Of a DNA stretch of 64,000 nucleotides, positions 9,910-20,139 are shown piece after piece. Made by a program: the position numbers and the translations under genes. Numbering within the stretch: position 1 is the stretch's first letter; every line of letters starts with the position of its first letter. The notes below the pieces were generated by a model. The model saw nothing but the letters and a program-made list of their open reading frames with translations. It ran no database searches and was not told where the DNA came from. Origin of the DNA: an uncultured bacterium (GTDB taxonomy: Bacteria > Omnitrophota > Gorgyraeia > Zapsychrales > Aceulaceae); the NCBI GenBank assembly GCA_937930175.1, contig CALGLP010000013.1, positions 203,764-267,763 of the forward strand, given 5' to 3'.

Positions 9910-10761
9910 ATGATTCAATACTATTTTTACAAAATTGGGCAATTTTTTGTTGAGCGGCTTCCGCTGTCGCTAAGCTATAAGCTTGCGATTTTTCTTTCTG
10001 ATATTCATTATTATCTTTCATTTCGTGATCGGCGAAGTGTTAAAAATAATCTTCATGCCATTCTTCCGTTGTCTGACGATATTCCGCATTTATCGCGAGA
10101 GGTTTTTCGTAATTTCGCAAGATACCTTGTTGATTTTTTTTATGTTCCGAGGAAGTTAAGCGAAGAGTATATTCAAAAACATGTCACCGTTCAGAATTTG
10201 CATTATTTGCCTGAAGTTCTTGAAAAAGGAAAAGGTGGGATCATCCTCACGGCGCATATTGGTAATTGGGAATTAGGAGGTTTTATTATTAGTCGTCTTG
10301 GGTATCCTTTAATCGCGGTGGCTTTGCCGCACAAAGAGCGATCCATCAATAACCTTTTTAATAGCCAGCGTCAATCGCAAGGGATCACGATTGTCCCTAA
10401 CAACGTAGCGATCCGCGAATGCATTAAGGGTTTGCGAGAAAATCGGATGATCGCGCTTTTAGGTGATCGTGATTTTAACGCGACTGGAGAGATGATGGAT
10501 TTCTTAGGTAAAAAAGCCAGGATGCCTAAGGGCCCGGCCTCGTTTTCTTTAAAAACAGGAGCCGCGATCATTCCTGCGTTTTTAACACGCGAGGGTAAGG
10601 ATTGTTTTACGTTGATCCTTGAGCCGCCGATTTTTCCTCCCGAGGACCCTGAAGATCCACATGCCTTAAAAATCATCATGAGAAAATATATCGCAACCAT
10701 CGAGCGGATGATCTTGCGTTATCCAACCCAATGGTATATGTTCCAGAGGTTTTGGCTCTAA
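9910..10761 (+). CDS. lipid A biosynthesis (Kdo2)-lipid IVA acyltransferase family (LpxL/HtrB-like)
   Basis: 283 aa, HIGNWE catalytic HX4E-like motif. Placement next to glycolipid glycosyltransferases. Confidence 0.7.
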   Translation: MIQYYFYKIGQFFVERLPLSLSYKLAIFLSDIHYYLSFRDRRSVKNNLHAILPLSDDIPHLSREVFRNFARYLVDFFYVPRKLSEEYIQKHVTVQNLHYLPEVLEKGKGGIILTAHIGNWELGGFIISRLGYPLIAVALPHKERSINNLFNSQRQSQGITIVPNNVAIRECIKGLRENRMIALLGDRDFNATGEMMDFLGKKARMPKGPASFSLKTGAAIIPAFLTREGKDCFTLILEPPIFPPEDPEDPHALKIIMRKYIATIERMILRYPTQWYMFQRFWL

Positions 10762-11438
10762 TGAAAATGTGCATTGTGATCCCTGTGTATAACGAGGCGC
10801 GCATGATCGGCACGATTGTGGAAACGGTTAAGTCTCGTGCCTGGGATATTGTTGTTGTCAATGATGGATCTACGGATGGCTCAGGTGCGATTGCCAGGTC
10901 TAAAGGTGCGATCGTTCTTGATCATCACGAGAAAAAAGGTAAGGGTATCTCTTTGCGTGATGGGTTTGCTTATGCTTTGGCCCAAGGATTTGATGGTGTT
11001 CTTGCTATGGATGGGGATGGCCAGCATCATCTTGATGATGTGGAACGGTTTATGCTCAAGGCTCAAGAATGTCCGCATACGGTCATTAGTGGTAACCGTA
11101 TGCTTGATTGTCAGTATATGCCTTTTGTGCGTCGCGTCGTTAATCGTATGATGTCGTTGATGATCTCGGCTTTGTGTCACCAGTCGATTCCTGATTCTCA
11201 ATGCGGTTTTCGTTTTATTGGGGCGTCGGTTCTTAAGGCGATCGAGCTCACATCATCTGATTTTGAAATTGAAACAGAAGTTCTTGTTAAGGCAAGCCGC
11301 AAAGGTTTTAGAATCCACTCTGTCCCTATTCAAACGATCTATCGCGATGAATCAAGCAAGATCAATCCTTTTTTGGATACGATTCGCTTCTTTAAATATA
11401 TCATTAAAGAGCTTTTAGCGTCGCGTTCACACAAATAA
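10761..11438 (+). CDS. family 2 glycosyltransferase (DPM1/ArnC-like)
   Basis: CIVIPVYNEA...VVNDGSTDGS...DGDGQH are GT-A DXD-type motifs. The start is taken at the ATG overlapping the upstream stop (TAATG); the table ORF begins 30 nt earlier inside lpxL. Confidence 0.75.
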   Translation: MKMCIVIPVYNEARMIGTIVETVKSRAWDIVVVNDGSTDGSGAIARSKGAIVLDHHEKKGKGISLRDGFAYALAQGFDGVLAMDGDGQHHLDDVERFMLKAQECPHTVISGNRMLDCQYMPFVRRVVNRMMSLMISALCHQSIPDSQCGFRFIGASVLKAIELTSSDFEIETEVLVKASRKGFRIHSVPIQTIYRDESSKINPFLDTIRFFKYIIKELLASRSHK

Positions 11439-11441
11439 GGC

Positions 11442-12116
11442 GTGACCTTTATGGACGATAAGATTTTCCGATATTCTTTAATCATCTCCCTTGTTATTCA
11501 TATTCTTGCTTTATGGAAGCTGTCTTATTCTAATCTGCATTTTAAAGTTAAGACCGTGAAAAATATTGAGGTTGTTTACCCTGCTTTTGCTCTTCCAAAG
11601 AAAATACATCAGCCATCTTTGCCGCCTCAAAAGGGCATGAAGGTTGATCTCCTGCAGCAGGCCAAGGGGGTCGCGCAAGAACAAAAGAATATTTCCTCGT
11701 TTATGAAAGATCTTTCTAAAATGAAAGATGAGTTTATTGAGCAAGTGCAAAAACCTAAGGCTGTTGATGAGTCAAAGCATAAGCGTAGGGTTACGGTTCC
11801 CGCGATCGAAACCAGTCAGATCAAAAATCCTCAATATATCCAATATTATCAAATTGTGCGAAATCGTATTAAGGATCGTGCGTATGCCAATTATGCCAAG
11901 CTAGACGCAGGGGAAGTGTATTTAACGTTTATTCTTGATGCGAGCGGCGCTCTTCAGCGGATTAAAATTCTTGAGGATCGTACAAGGGCCAATCAGTATT
12001 TGCGCCAGATCAGCATGCGTAGCGTTGAGGAGTCCAATCCTTTCCCCCCTTTTCCTCAAGAATTGCAATATCCAGAGCTTTCTTTTAATATTATCATTGC
12101 CTATGAGGTTGAGTAG
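11442..12116 (+). CDS. TonB-family C-terminal domain protein with N-terminal membrane anchor
   Basis: N-terminal TM helix, a Pro-rich segment and a C-terminal TonB_C-like fold (GEVYLTFILDASGAL...NPFPPFP). GTG start. Confidence 0.5.
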   Translation: MTFMDDKIFRYSLIISLVIHILALWKLSYSNLHFKVKTVKNIEVVYPAFALPKKIHQPSLPPQKGMKVDLLQQAKGVAQEQKNISSFMKDLSKMKDEFIEQVQKPKAVDESKHKRRVTVPAIETSQIKNPQYIQYYQIVRNRIKDRAYANYAKLDAGEVYLTFILDASGALQRIKILEDRTRANQYLRQISMRSVEESNPFPPFPQELQYPELSFNIIIAYEVE

Positions 12117-12145
12117 GCCGCCGGCTAAGATCTTTGCCTTGAGGC

Positions 12146-12484
12146 GTGTTGACAGAAAACACAAGGAATGTTATTCTACACACTATGGATGAAACTATTA
12201 AAACAGGGAATGAAGATCCTTCTTCTGGAGGCGTTGATTTCTTAGGTTATCTTGCGAGCTTGGCCTTTCAGGCTATGGTCTTTTTAGGTGCCATGCCAAG
12301 TCCTGTGATGCATAAAGAAGAGAAAAATATTCCTCAGGCCAAACTTTTGATCGATACGCTTGTTGTCTTGCGGGATAAGACAAAGGGTAATTTAAGCGAT
12401 CAGGAACAACGATTTTTGGATAGTTCGATCTATGAGCTTCAGCTTAAATATGTTGAGCACATGCAGGGAAATGAGAAGATATAA
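12146..12484 (+). CDS. DUF1844-like protein
   Basis: VDFLGYLASLAFQAMVFLG resembles the conserved core of DUF1844. Confidence 0.45.
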   Translation: MLTENTRNVILHTMDETIKTGNEDPSSGGVDFLGYLASLAFQAMVFLGAMPSPVMHKEEKNIPQAKLLIDTLVVLRDKTKGNLSDQEQRFLDSSIYELQLKYVEHMQGNEKI

Positions 12485-12502
12485 ATTTTGTAAAAAGGAA
12501 AT

Positions 12503-14125
12503 TTGATGAAGAATCTTGATCGTTCTATTCTAGCCTTATTTTTCATCTTTTGTTTAATGGTTTTTTCTTCTCGCTTTGCTTTCGCCAACGCCCTTACCAT
12601 TACTAATTTTGCTCCCTCATCGGTTGACACCACTAATCGTACGATGACCTTTACTTTTGATATTGCCTGGGACAATAGTTGGAGGGATGCGACCAATTAT
12701 GATGCGGTGTGGATTTTTATGAAACGAAAGAATACCTCTACAGGCGTTTGGTCCCATGCTACCATGGCTGAAAGCGGGACAAACCCATCAGGCTTTAGCG
12801 CGCCCACTGATAGCGAGATCATTGTTCCAACGGATCTCAAGGGCTTTTTCTTCCAACGCACAGATACAGGGGCGGATGATGTGTCGTTTGAGGGTGTTCA
12901 ATTTGTCTGGGATTATGGGGCTGACGGCTTTTCAGATACCCAGGCCAACTCCACAACATCAACGTTCAAATTGTTTGGCACAGAGATGGTGTATATTCCA
13001 ACTGGGAGTTTTTATGCAGGAGATGGGACGACATCGAGTATTAGGTGTCAGTTCGAAGATGCCGCAACGAGCAATCCAAAACGTATTGTTAGCGAAGATC
13101 AATTAACCCTTGGAGGTAGCGGAACAGGTAGTTTAGGCAATAATAACGGAACTGGTTATGCTATCACTGGTGATGATTTCAACGACTCAACATCAAAAAC
13201 ATTGCCTGCGGCATTTCCTAAAGGTTACAGCGCGTTTTATATAATGAAATACGAAATTACACAAAGTCAGTACCGTGACTTCTTGAATACTTTAACTCGT
13301 GATCAGCAAAACACGCGCACAGCAACAAGTCTTGCCTCAGGTGTTACAAGTGTCACCAATCGTTATGTCATGAGCAATAATTCATCCAAGCAATATCGTA
13401 ACGGGATTCGATGTGACGCAACTATCCACACATCAGACCCTATTACGTTTTATTGCGATTATGATGGTAACGGAACAGGCAACGAAACAACAGATGGCCA
13501 GTGGATTGCTGCAAATTATCTTTCTGGCTCTGATTTGACTGCCTACCTTGATTGGAGCGGCTTGCGTCCCATGACCGAGCTTGAATATGAAAAAGCTTGT
13601 CGAGGGCCGCTTACACCTGTGACGGGTGAATATGCGTGGGGCACTATTAATGTTGCAACATCAGCGTATAGCTTGTCATATCCTGGAGAGGCAACCGAGG
13701 TTATCTCGGCTAATTATACAACGGGTAATGCGCTTTACACAACAACAAAAGGAAGCGGTACGAGCGAGGGACCTTTTAGGGTTGGCATTTTCGCTGGTAC
13801 TAGTGGCAATACTGGCAAAGAAACAGCTGGTGCTTCCTATTACGGGGTTATGGAGCTAACAGGAAATATGCATGAACGACCCATTTCCGTTGGCAGCAGT
13901 TCAGGGCGCGCATTTACAGGATTGCATGGCAATGGATCTCTTGACGCAACGGGTGACTCAGATGTTACATATTGGCCTGCAACAGACAACGTCGGTTTAG
14001 GATTTCGTGGAAATAATTGGAATGTGGGTATTAATCTTGAAGTCTCCCAACGTCCGACGGTAAATTATGCCTATAATGGACGTCTTTACACGCTTGGCGG
14101 GCGGGGGGCGCGCACAGCACCTTAG
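12503..14125 (+). CDS. secreted formylglycine-generating-enzyme (FGE/SUMF1) domain protein with large Thr/Ser/Gly-rich N-terminal region
   Basis: Signal peptide. FGE motifs: KYEITQSQYRDFL, GLRPMTELEYEKACRGP, YGVMELTGNMHE and a C-terminal GFRGNNW. Confidence 0.7.
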   Translation: MMKNLDRSILALFFIFCLMVFSSRFAFANALTITNFAPSSVDTTNRTMTFTFDIAWDNSWRDATNYDAVWIFMKRKNTSTGVWSHATMAESGTNPSGFSAPTDSEIIVPTDLKGFFFQRTDTGADDVSFEGVQFVWDYGADGFSDTQANSTTSTFKLFGTEMVYIPTGSFYAGDGTTSSIRCQFEDAATSNPKRIVSEDQLTLGGSGTGSLGNNNGTGYAITGDDFNDSTSKTLPAAFPKGYSAFYIMKYEITQSQYRDFLNTLTRDQQNTRTATSLASGVTSVTNRYVMSNNSSKQYRNGIRCDATIHTSDPITFYCDYDGNGTGNETTDGQWIAANYLSGSDLTAYLDWSGLRPMTELEYEKACRGPLTPVTGEYAWGTINVATSAYSLSYPGEATEVISANYTTGNALYTTTKGSGTSEGPFRVGIFAGTSGNTGKETAGASYYGVMELTGNMHERPISVGSSSGRAFTGLHGNGSLDATGDSDVTYWPATDNVGLGFRGNNWNVGINLEVSQRPTVNYAYNGRLYTLGGRGARTAP

Positions 14126-14180
14126 CTGGTGTTAGTGTTTTAGGCATGGACACCTATTGGACGTAATCTTATATTAAGAG

Positions 14181-14633
14181 ATGGAGGGTAGTGTGAAAAA
14201 AGTTTTAGTCATTCATGGTCCCAATCTTGATCTTCTTGGCAATCGCGAAACCAATGTTTATGGAACAATAACCTTGAGCGAGATCGATCGGATGCTTTTG
14301 GACGTGGCTAAGGAAGCGGGTATCATTCTTGAGATCCTTCAAACCAATCATGAAGGAGAAATTGTGGACGCGATTGGTCAGGCCCCAGCCAATCATTTTA
14401 ACGCGATTTTGATCAATCCCGCGGCCTACACCCATACGAGCGTTGCCATTCGCGATGCGATCGCGGCAATCGAGCTGCCAGCTGTTGAAGTACATTTATC
14501 CAATATTTATGGGCGTGAAGAGTTTCGTCAGACATCGCTAGTTTCTGCTGTGTGTAGGGGGCAGATCTGTGGTTTTGGCCCCTTTAGTTATGTTTTAGGC
14601 CTTCACGCGATCATAAAGACCATAACAAAGTGA
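14181..14633 (+). CDS. aroQ: 3-dehydroquinate dehydratase type II
   Basis: 150 aa, [10 protein letters not shown]...[11 protein letters not shown] signature. Confidence 0.9.
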   Translation: MEGSVKKVLVIHGPNLDLLGNRETNVYGTITLSEIDRMLLDVAKEAGIILEILQTNHEGEIVDAIGQAPANHFNAILINPAAYTHTSVAIRDAIAAIELPAVEVHLSNIYGREEFRQTSLVSAVCRGQICGFGPFSYVLGLHAIIKTITK

Positions 14634-15676
14634 AAACTCCGCTTTATCATCTTCAGGATTCCTTTCAGGCAAAGGGGATCAAGGCTTTTCTTGTTACCAA
14701 AGATGAGAATATATTCTATCTAACAGGGTATCGTAGCGAAGAATCTTGGCTTTTGGTCTGCCCGCAAAAGACTTTTTTCCTAACCGATGGCCGGCATAGT
14801 CTAGATGCCAGGCGGTCTTTAAAAGGTATCAAGGTTGTTGAGTGTAAGAAATCTATTTTTAGTGAATTGGCGCAGATTACCCTTAAGCAAAAAGTTCATC
14901 ATCTTGGCTTTGATGATCGCTATATGACGGTTGCCTCGTTTAAAAGTCTTGAGCAGGCTTTGGGCAGGAATACAAAGCTTGTGGCTGTTCAAGGGGCTAT
15001 TGAAGAGATTAGATCCATCAAGCGCAAAGATGAAATGGCTAAGATCACAAAGGCTCTTGATTTTCACCAAAAATGTTTGTGTTATTTAAAGACGATCATG
15101 GCGCCTGGCCAAAGCGAAAATCAACTTTTTGAGAAACTCGAGCGTTATGTGCGCAGCCATCATCAGCGGTTTTCTTTTTCAACAATCATTGCCTCAGGGG
15201 TGAACTCGTGTTTTCCGCACGCACGCATCACAGACCGCAAACTCCGACGGGGAGATCCGGTGCTTGTGGATATGGGAATCGATGTCGAAGGCTACAAGTC
15301 TGACTTGACACGTATGTTCTTTTTGGGTAAAATACCGCATCGCGTGAGGGAAGTTTATGATGCTGTCGCGCAGGCAAAACGTTGCGCGATCGAAAAGATC
15401 AGACCAGGCATTTGTGCCAAAGAAATTGATGCGCAGGCACGAAACGTCCTTAAACAAAAGAAGTTAGATAGCTTTTTTAACCATTCTTTAGGGCATGGTG
15501 TAGGCTTAGAGGTGCATGAGGCTCCAGGGATATCCCCCAAAAGCTCTGCTGTGATCAAAGAGGGAATGGTTTTTACCGTCGAACCTGGAGTTTATCTTCC
15601 TGGTCAGTTTGGTATCCGCATTGAAGATATGATTTTGGTGACGCCGCGAGGCGCGAAGGTTCTTAGCAATTTTTAA
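14630..15676 (+). CDS. Xaa-Pro aminopeptidase / M24B family peptidase
   Basis: C-terminal pita-bread domain with [13 protein letters not shown] metal-ligand motif. GTGA overlap with aroQ. Confidence 0.8.
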   Translation: MKTPLYHLQDSFQAKGIKAFLVTKDENIFYLTGYRSEESWLLVCPQKTFFLTDGRHSLDARRSLKGIKVVECKKSIFSELAQITLKQKVHHLGFDDRYMTVASFKSLEQALGRNTKLVAVQGAIEEIRSIKRKDEMAKITKALDFHQKCLCYLKTIMAPGQSENQLFEKLERYVRSHHQRFSFSTIIASGVNSCFPHARITDRKLRRGDPVLVDMGIDVEGYKSDLTRMFFLGKIPHRVREVYDAVAQAKRCAIEKIRPGICAKEIDAQARNVLKQKKLDSFFNHSLGHGVGLEVHEAPGISPKSSAVIKEGMVFTVEPGVYLPGQFGIRIEDMILVTPRGAKVLSNF

Positions 15677-15702
15677 TAGTATTAATATATAGTAAGGTAG
15701 GA

Positions 15703-16269
15703 ATGACCATTACAATCAATGAAATTAAAGGTGGACTCGGCCTTCGTATTGATGGCAATATTTATGTGGTGACCGAGTATAGTCACGTCAAGCCTGGCAA
15801 GGGCAGCGCCTTTGTGCGCGTGCGATTAAAAAATCTCAAGACTGGCCTTGGCCTGGAGCGCACTTTTAAAACGTCTGAGAAATTGGAAGATGTGTATGTT
15901 GAAGAAAAAGATTTTCAGTATCTTTATAAAACGGGAACCGACCTTCATTTTATGGATCAGGTTACCTTTGAAGAGGCGTCGGTGCCTGAAAGCCTTTTGG
16001 GTAATGATATTAAATATCTTCAGGATAATTTAGTGGTAAAGGGTTTTATGCTCGATGGCAAGCTTCAAAAAATTGAATTACCAAATTTTATCGAAGCCCA
16101 AGTCATTGAGGCGGATCCAGGGCTCAAAGGAGATTCTGCGCGTTCTGGGACAAAGATCGCGCGCATTGATTCTGGTGCGGATGTTCAAGTTCCTCTTTTT
16201 ATCGAATCTGGGGAAAGGATTAAAGTGGATACACGAACAGGTGTTTATGTTGAAAGGGTAAGAAAATGA
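15703..16269 (+). CDS. efp: elongation factor P
   Basis: 188 aa with KPGKGSAFVRVRLKNL, the loop carrying the modified Lys. Confidence 0.95.
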   Translation: MTITINEIKGGLGLRIDGNIYVVTEYSHVKPGKGSAFVRVRLKNLKTGLGLERTFKTSEKLEDVYVEEKDFQYLYKTGTDLHFMDQVTFEEASVPESLLGNDIKYLQDNLVVKGFMLDGKLQKIELPNFIEAQVIEADPGLKGDSARSGTKIARIDSGADVQVPLFIESGERIKVDTRTGVYVERVRK

Positions 16270-16724
16270 ACCTTAAAGAAATTAAAGAAGTTATTAGCTT
16301 AATGAATGAAAATGAATTAACCGAGATTGAGATCGAGAGGGAAGGTTCTAAAATCAAGATCAAAAAAGGATCGCAAGGAAGTCCTGTTGTGATGTCTGCA
16401 CCTTCTGTGGAGTATCATTCTGCGACGCCTGTCTCTGGCACGCGTCAAGAACCTCTTAAGCCTGAAGTGTCCCCCACCAAGGGGTCCAAAGAGATCAAGG
16501 CTCCGATGGTGGGGACTTTTTATCGATCACCGTCTCCTGATGCGCCACCGTTTGTGGATGTTGGGCAGGTGATTGAAATCGGGCAGGTGGTTTGTATTTT
16601 GGAAGCCATGAAGCTCATGAATGAGATCAAGTCGGATGTTCGTGGAAAAATTGTCGAGATACGGGTGGGCAACGCTGAGCCTGTTGAATTTGGAACTGTC
16701 ATGTTTGTGATTGATCCGGTCTAA
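16266..16724 (+). CDS. accB: biotin carboxyl carrier protein of acetyl-CoA carboxylase
   Basis: Pro/Ala linker and a biotinyl domain with EAMKLMNEI. Confidence 0.9.
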   Translation: MNLKEIKEVISLMNENELTEIEIEREGSKIKIKKGSQGSPVVMSAPSVEYHSATPVSGTRQEPLKPEVSPTKGSKEIKAPMVGTFYRSPSPDAPPFVDVGQVIEIGQVVCILEAMKLMNEIKSDVRGKIVEIRVGNAEPVEFGTVMFVIDPV

Positions 16725-16727
16725 TCT

Positions 16728-18089
16728 ATGTTCTCAAAAATTCTTATTGCTAATCGTGGAGAGATTGCTCTCCGTATTATTCGCGCGTGTAAAGAATTAG
16801 GGGTTCGTACCGTGGCTGTTTATTCGGAGGCCGACCGCAATTCTTTGCATGTCCAATTTGCCGATGAATCGGTTTGCATTGGCCTTGCCTCAAGTAAAGA
16901 GAGCTATCTTAATATTCCTGCTATTATTTCCGCTGCAGAAATCATGAATGTTGAAGCTATTCATCCTGGTTATGGATTTTTAGCGGAGAATGCCCATTTT
17001 GCGGAGATCTGTGAATCCTGTCATATTGTCTTTATTGGGCCAACACCTGAAGCCATGCGCTTGATGGGGGATAAAGTCACGGCACGAAGTGTGATGACGA
17101 AGGCTGGCTTGCCGGTGACCCCAGGCGGTAATTCCATTATCAAGGGCAAAGATGAGGCCTTAAAGCTTGCCAAAAAGATCAAATATCCTGTGATTATTAA
17201 AGCGACTGCTGGGGGTGGTGGCAAGGGAATGCGTGTTTGTCATAATGATGTAACCCTGGTTAGCTCGTTGACCATGGCGCAGACCGAAGCGGAGGCGAGT
17301 TTTGGCAATCCTGATGTGTATATAGAAAAATATATTACCAATCCCCGTCATATTGAGATCCAGATTTTAGCGGATCATTATGGTAACGTGATTCATTTGG
17401 GCGAGCGTGACTGTAGCATTCAACGGCGTCATCAGAAGCTTCTTGAAGAAGCCCCCTCGCCTGGATTAAATGCAGCCACCCGAAAGAAGATGGGAGAGAT
17501 GGCGGTCCGAGGTGCTAAGGCGGTGAATTATCGTGGGGTTGGAACCATTGAGTTTTTGTTAGACGATGATGGTTCTTTTTATTTTATGGAAATGAATACA
17601 CGCGTACAAGTAGAGCATCCAGTGACTGAGATGGTGACGGGGGTTGATATTGTCAAAGAGCAGATTCGCGCGGCAGCTGGGGAACGACTCAAGATCAAGC
17701 AAGACGATGTTAAAATTACTGGCGCTGCTATTGAATGTCGTATTAATGCTGAGGATCCAACCAATAATTTTATGCCATGCCCTGGAAAGATCGAGGAGCT
17801 TAATCTTCCCGGAGGCCCTAATGTGAGAGTGGACACGCATATTTACCAAAACTATGTGATTAGCCCTTTTTACGATTCTATGGTGGCGAAACTCATTGTC
17901 CATGGGAAGAATCGCGACGAAGCGATCAAGACCATGGCGCGGGCGCTGGAAGAATTTTATATCGCGCCGATCAAGACAACCATTCATTTTCATCAGCAGA
18001 TCCTTCAACATCCGTTATTTTTAAAGGGCACTGTCAATACGCATTTTCTGGAGCATATGGCGAAAAGCGAGCACGAGCTCGTTCAATAA
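16728..18089 (+). CDS. accC: biotin carboxylase
   Basis: 453 aa with an ATP-grasp domain and [14 protein letters not shown]. Confidence 0.95.
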   Translation: MFSKILIANRGEIALRIIRACKELGVRTVAVYSEADRNSLHVQFADESVCIGLASSKESYLNIPAIISAAEIMNVEAIHPGYGFLAENAHFAEICESCHIVFIGPTPEAMRLMGDKVTARSVMTKAGLPVTPGGNSIIKGKDEALKLAKKIKYPVIIKATAGGGGKGMRVCHNDVTLVSSLTMAQTEAEASFGNPDVYIEKYITNPRHIEIQILADHYGNVIHLGERDCSIQRRHQKLLEEAPSPGLNAATRKKMGEMAVRGAKAVNYRGVGTIEFLLDDDGSFYFMEMNTRVQVEHPVTEMVTGVDIVKEQIRAAAGERLKIKQDDVKITGAAIECRINAEDPTNNFMPCPGKIEELNLPGGPNVRVDTHIYQNYVISPFYDSMVAKLIVHGKNRDEAIKTMARALEEFYIAPIKTTIHFHQQILQHPLFLKGTVNTHFLEHMAKSEHELVQ

Positions 18090-18117
18090 CTGACCTTTTC
18101 AACAAGGAGACATTCTG

Positions 18118-18474
18118 ATGCGTGAAGAACAGCGAATCGATTACGGCTCCATCCATATTCATAAAAAAGCGCTCGCGGATATTGTGGCGACGGTCATTGA
18201 AGAGACCGAGGGAATGTCGCTTGCCTCTGACAATGTCGTGCAACGTTTCTTAAAGATTTTTGTTCCCACCAAACATTTTGCTATCAGTGTCTTTATTGAC
18301 CGAGATAATGAGGTGAGTGTTGAGGCGCGTATTTGTGTTCGCATCGGCCTCAATATCCCGGAGGCGTCGCGTTTGCTGCAAGAGGTTATTCGGGAAACCA
18401 TTGAAAAAACAACAGATATTGAGCTCAAAGATATTCATATCAATATTCAAGGAATCAAAGGAGGGGTTTCATGA
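18118..18474 (+). CDS. Asp23/alkaline-shock protein family (DUF322)
   Basis: 118 aa with an Asp23-like N-terminus (GSIHIHKKALADIVATVIEETEG). Confidence 0.7.
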   Translation: MREEQRIDYGSIHIHKKALADIVATVIEETEGMSLASDNVVQRFLKIFVPTKHFAISVFIDRDNEVSVEARICVRIGLNIPEASRLLQEVIRETIEKTTDIELKDIHINIQGIKGGVS

Positions 18475-19082
18475 GAGTGATCACGCATCTTGCCATGTTT
18501 TTTTATTTAGCGATCATTACGATGATGGCCGGCGTCGCGGTATCGTTTGCCGCGCATTGGATCAAGATGGAAGAGCTTACGTATTTTCTTGGACTTGCCT
18601 ACGCCAATAAAAATATTTGTATTTTGATCATGGTCGGAAGCGTTGGATCTGTGCTCTTGAGCTTTCTTTTTTCGCGGATCATTATGGGTGTTCAGAAAAA
18701 AGAACGGACCATTGCCTTTGATAATCCTGCGGGCAGAGTCAGCATTTCTTTAAGTGCTTTGGAAGATATGATCAAGCGTAATGTTTTAAGGATTGCGGAT
18801 GTGAAAGAGATTAGATCGGTTGTTCGTGCCACGAAAAAAGGTATCGATGTTAGTTGCCGTCTTATTTTAAAAGCCGAGGGCAATATTCCAGATACAACTT
18901 CACGTATTCAGGATTTGATTAAAAGTCGTGTTCAGGAAATTCTGGGTCTTGAAGAAAACGTGACGGTTAAGCTTCATATTGCTAAGATTTTTTCTCAATT
19001 GGACAAGGCTAAAGCTGATCAAGGCGAAGAAGGTCGCGATTTCCCAGAATTATCTGTTCCATTTAAAGGGTATCGGAAATAA
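18471..19082 (+). CDS. AmaP-like membrane anchor protein for Asp23
   Basis: Two N-terminal TM helices plus an Asp23-like segment, translationally coupled to the upstream Asp23 gene as in asp23-amaP operons. Confidence 0.5.
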   Translation: MRVITHLAMFFYLAIITMMAGVAVSFAAHWIKMEELTYFLGLAYANKNICILIMVGSVGSVLLSFLFSRIIMGVQKKERTIAFDNPAGRVSISLSALEDMIKRNVLRIADVKEIRSVVRATKKGIDVSCRLILKAEGNIPDTTSRIQDLIKSRVQEILGLEENVTVKLHIAKIFSQLDKAKADQGEEGRDFPELSVPFKGYRK

Positions 19083-19101
19083 CATTGCCGAAGGGGATGT
19101 G

Positions 19102-20124
19102 ATGCGAAAAATTGGTGTTTTAACAGGTGGCGCGGATTGCCCAGGGCTCAACTCTGTCATTCGCGCTGTTGTGCGCAAGAGTCTTCAGGAAGGCTTTGTC
19201 GTCACAGGCATTAAGAACGGATGGCTTGGCCTCATTGACAATGATATGAAGGTCATGGATTCCAAGATGATTTCGGGGATTTTGGATCGTGGTGGAACTA
19301 TTCTTGGAACAAGCCGTATCAATCCTCTCAATGATCTTGAACAGGTCAAGAAAATAGCTGAACATTATAAACGTAGCGGTATTGATGCCCTGATCGCGGT
19401 TGGCGGGGAAGAGACGCTTAGGGTTGCCTTAGAATTATATAAGAAAAAAGTTATTAAGGTCGTTGGCGTTCCCAAGTCGATCGATAATGCCCTTTCTGGT
19501 ACCGATTATGCCTTTGGCTTTGATACAGCCGTGAATATTGCGACCGAATGTATTGATCGGTTGCATACCACAGCCGAAAGCCATCATCGGGTCATGGTTA
19601 TTGAAGTTATGGGGCGTTATACCGGATGGGTTGCTCTTGAATCAGGGATTGCTGGAGGCGCGGATATTATTCTTGTTCCAGAAATTCCTGTTGATATTGG
19701 TGAGGTGTGTGAGGCTATTCATAATCGGCACAAGCGGGGTAAGAGTTATAGCATTATTGTTTTGGCTGAAGGGGTGCAGTGCAAAGATCGTCCGGAATTT
19801 CGTGAGGATGTGGATCAGGGGCATAGTTTTGGTGGGATTGGCGAGTTGATCGCCCAGGCCATTGAACAGCAAACAGGGTATGAAACGCGCGTGAGTGTTT
19901 TAGGGTATATTCAACGTGGAGGAACGCCCTCGGCCTATGATCGCCTGATTGGGACGCGTTTTGGCGTTGGCGCTGTTGATCTTGTAAAGGAAGAAAAGTT
20001 TGGCCATATGGTCAGTTTGCGTAACAACATGATCCAGTCGGTGCCTATTGCCGCAGCGATTGAAAAACGTAAGACCATTGATATGGATATTTACGATATG
20101 GCGCGTGTCTTTTTTGCGGAATAG
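19102..20124 (+). CDS. pfk: 6-phosphofructokinase (probably PPi-dependent type)
   Basis: MRKIGVLTGGADCPGLN start, PFK fold throughout. The positions aligning to E. coli G104/G124 are GGEET and VPKS, i.e. acidic/Lys, as in PPi-PFKs. The table ORF starts 123 nt upstream inside the preceding gene. Confidence 0.85.
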   Translation: MRKIGVLTGGADCPGLNSVIRAVVRKSLQEGFVVTGIKNGWLGLIDNDMKVMDSKMISGILDRGGTILGTSRINPLNDLEQVKKIAEHYKRSGIDALIAVGGEETLRVALELYKKKVIKVVGVPKSIDNALSGTDYAFGFDTAVNIATECIDRLHTTAESHHRVMVIEVMGRYTGWVALESGIAGGADIILVPEIPVDIGEVCEAIHNRHKRGKSYSIIVLAEGVQCKDRPEFREDVDQGHSFGGIGELIAQAIEQQTGYETRVSVLGYIQRGGTPSAYDRLIGTRFGVGAVDLVKEEKFGHMVSLRNNMIQSVPIAAAIEKRKTIDMDIYDMARVFFAE

Positions 20125-20139
20125 GTGTAAGGAATATTT

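Noticed and set aside
17559-18011. 150-aa antisense ORF inside accC, and similar 60-170-aa antisense or alternate-frame ORFs throughout the table (for example 96-479, 1508-1849, 24069-24590, 24478-24930, 46697-47020, 47228-47572, 58967-59266)
   Set aside because: Each lies wholly within a confidently identified gene whose conserved motifs occupy the other frame or strand. None has a recognisable domain or SD.
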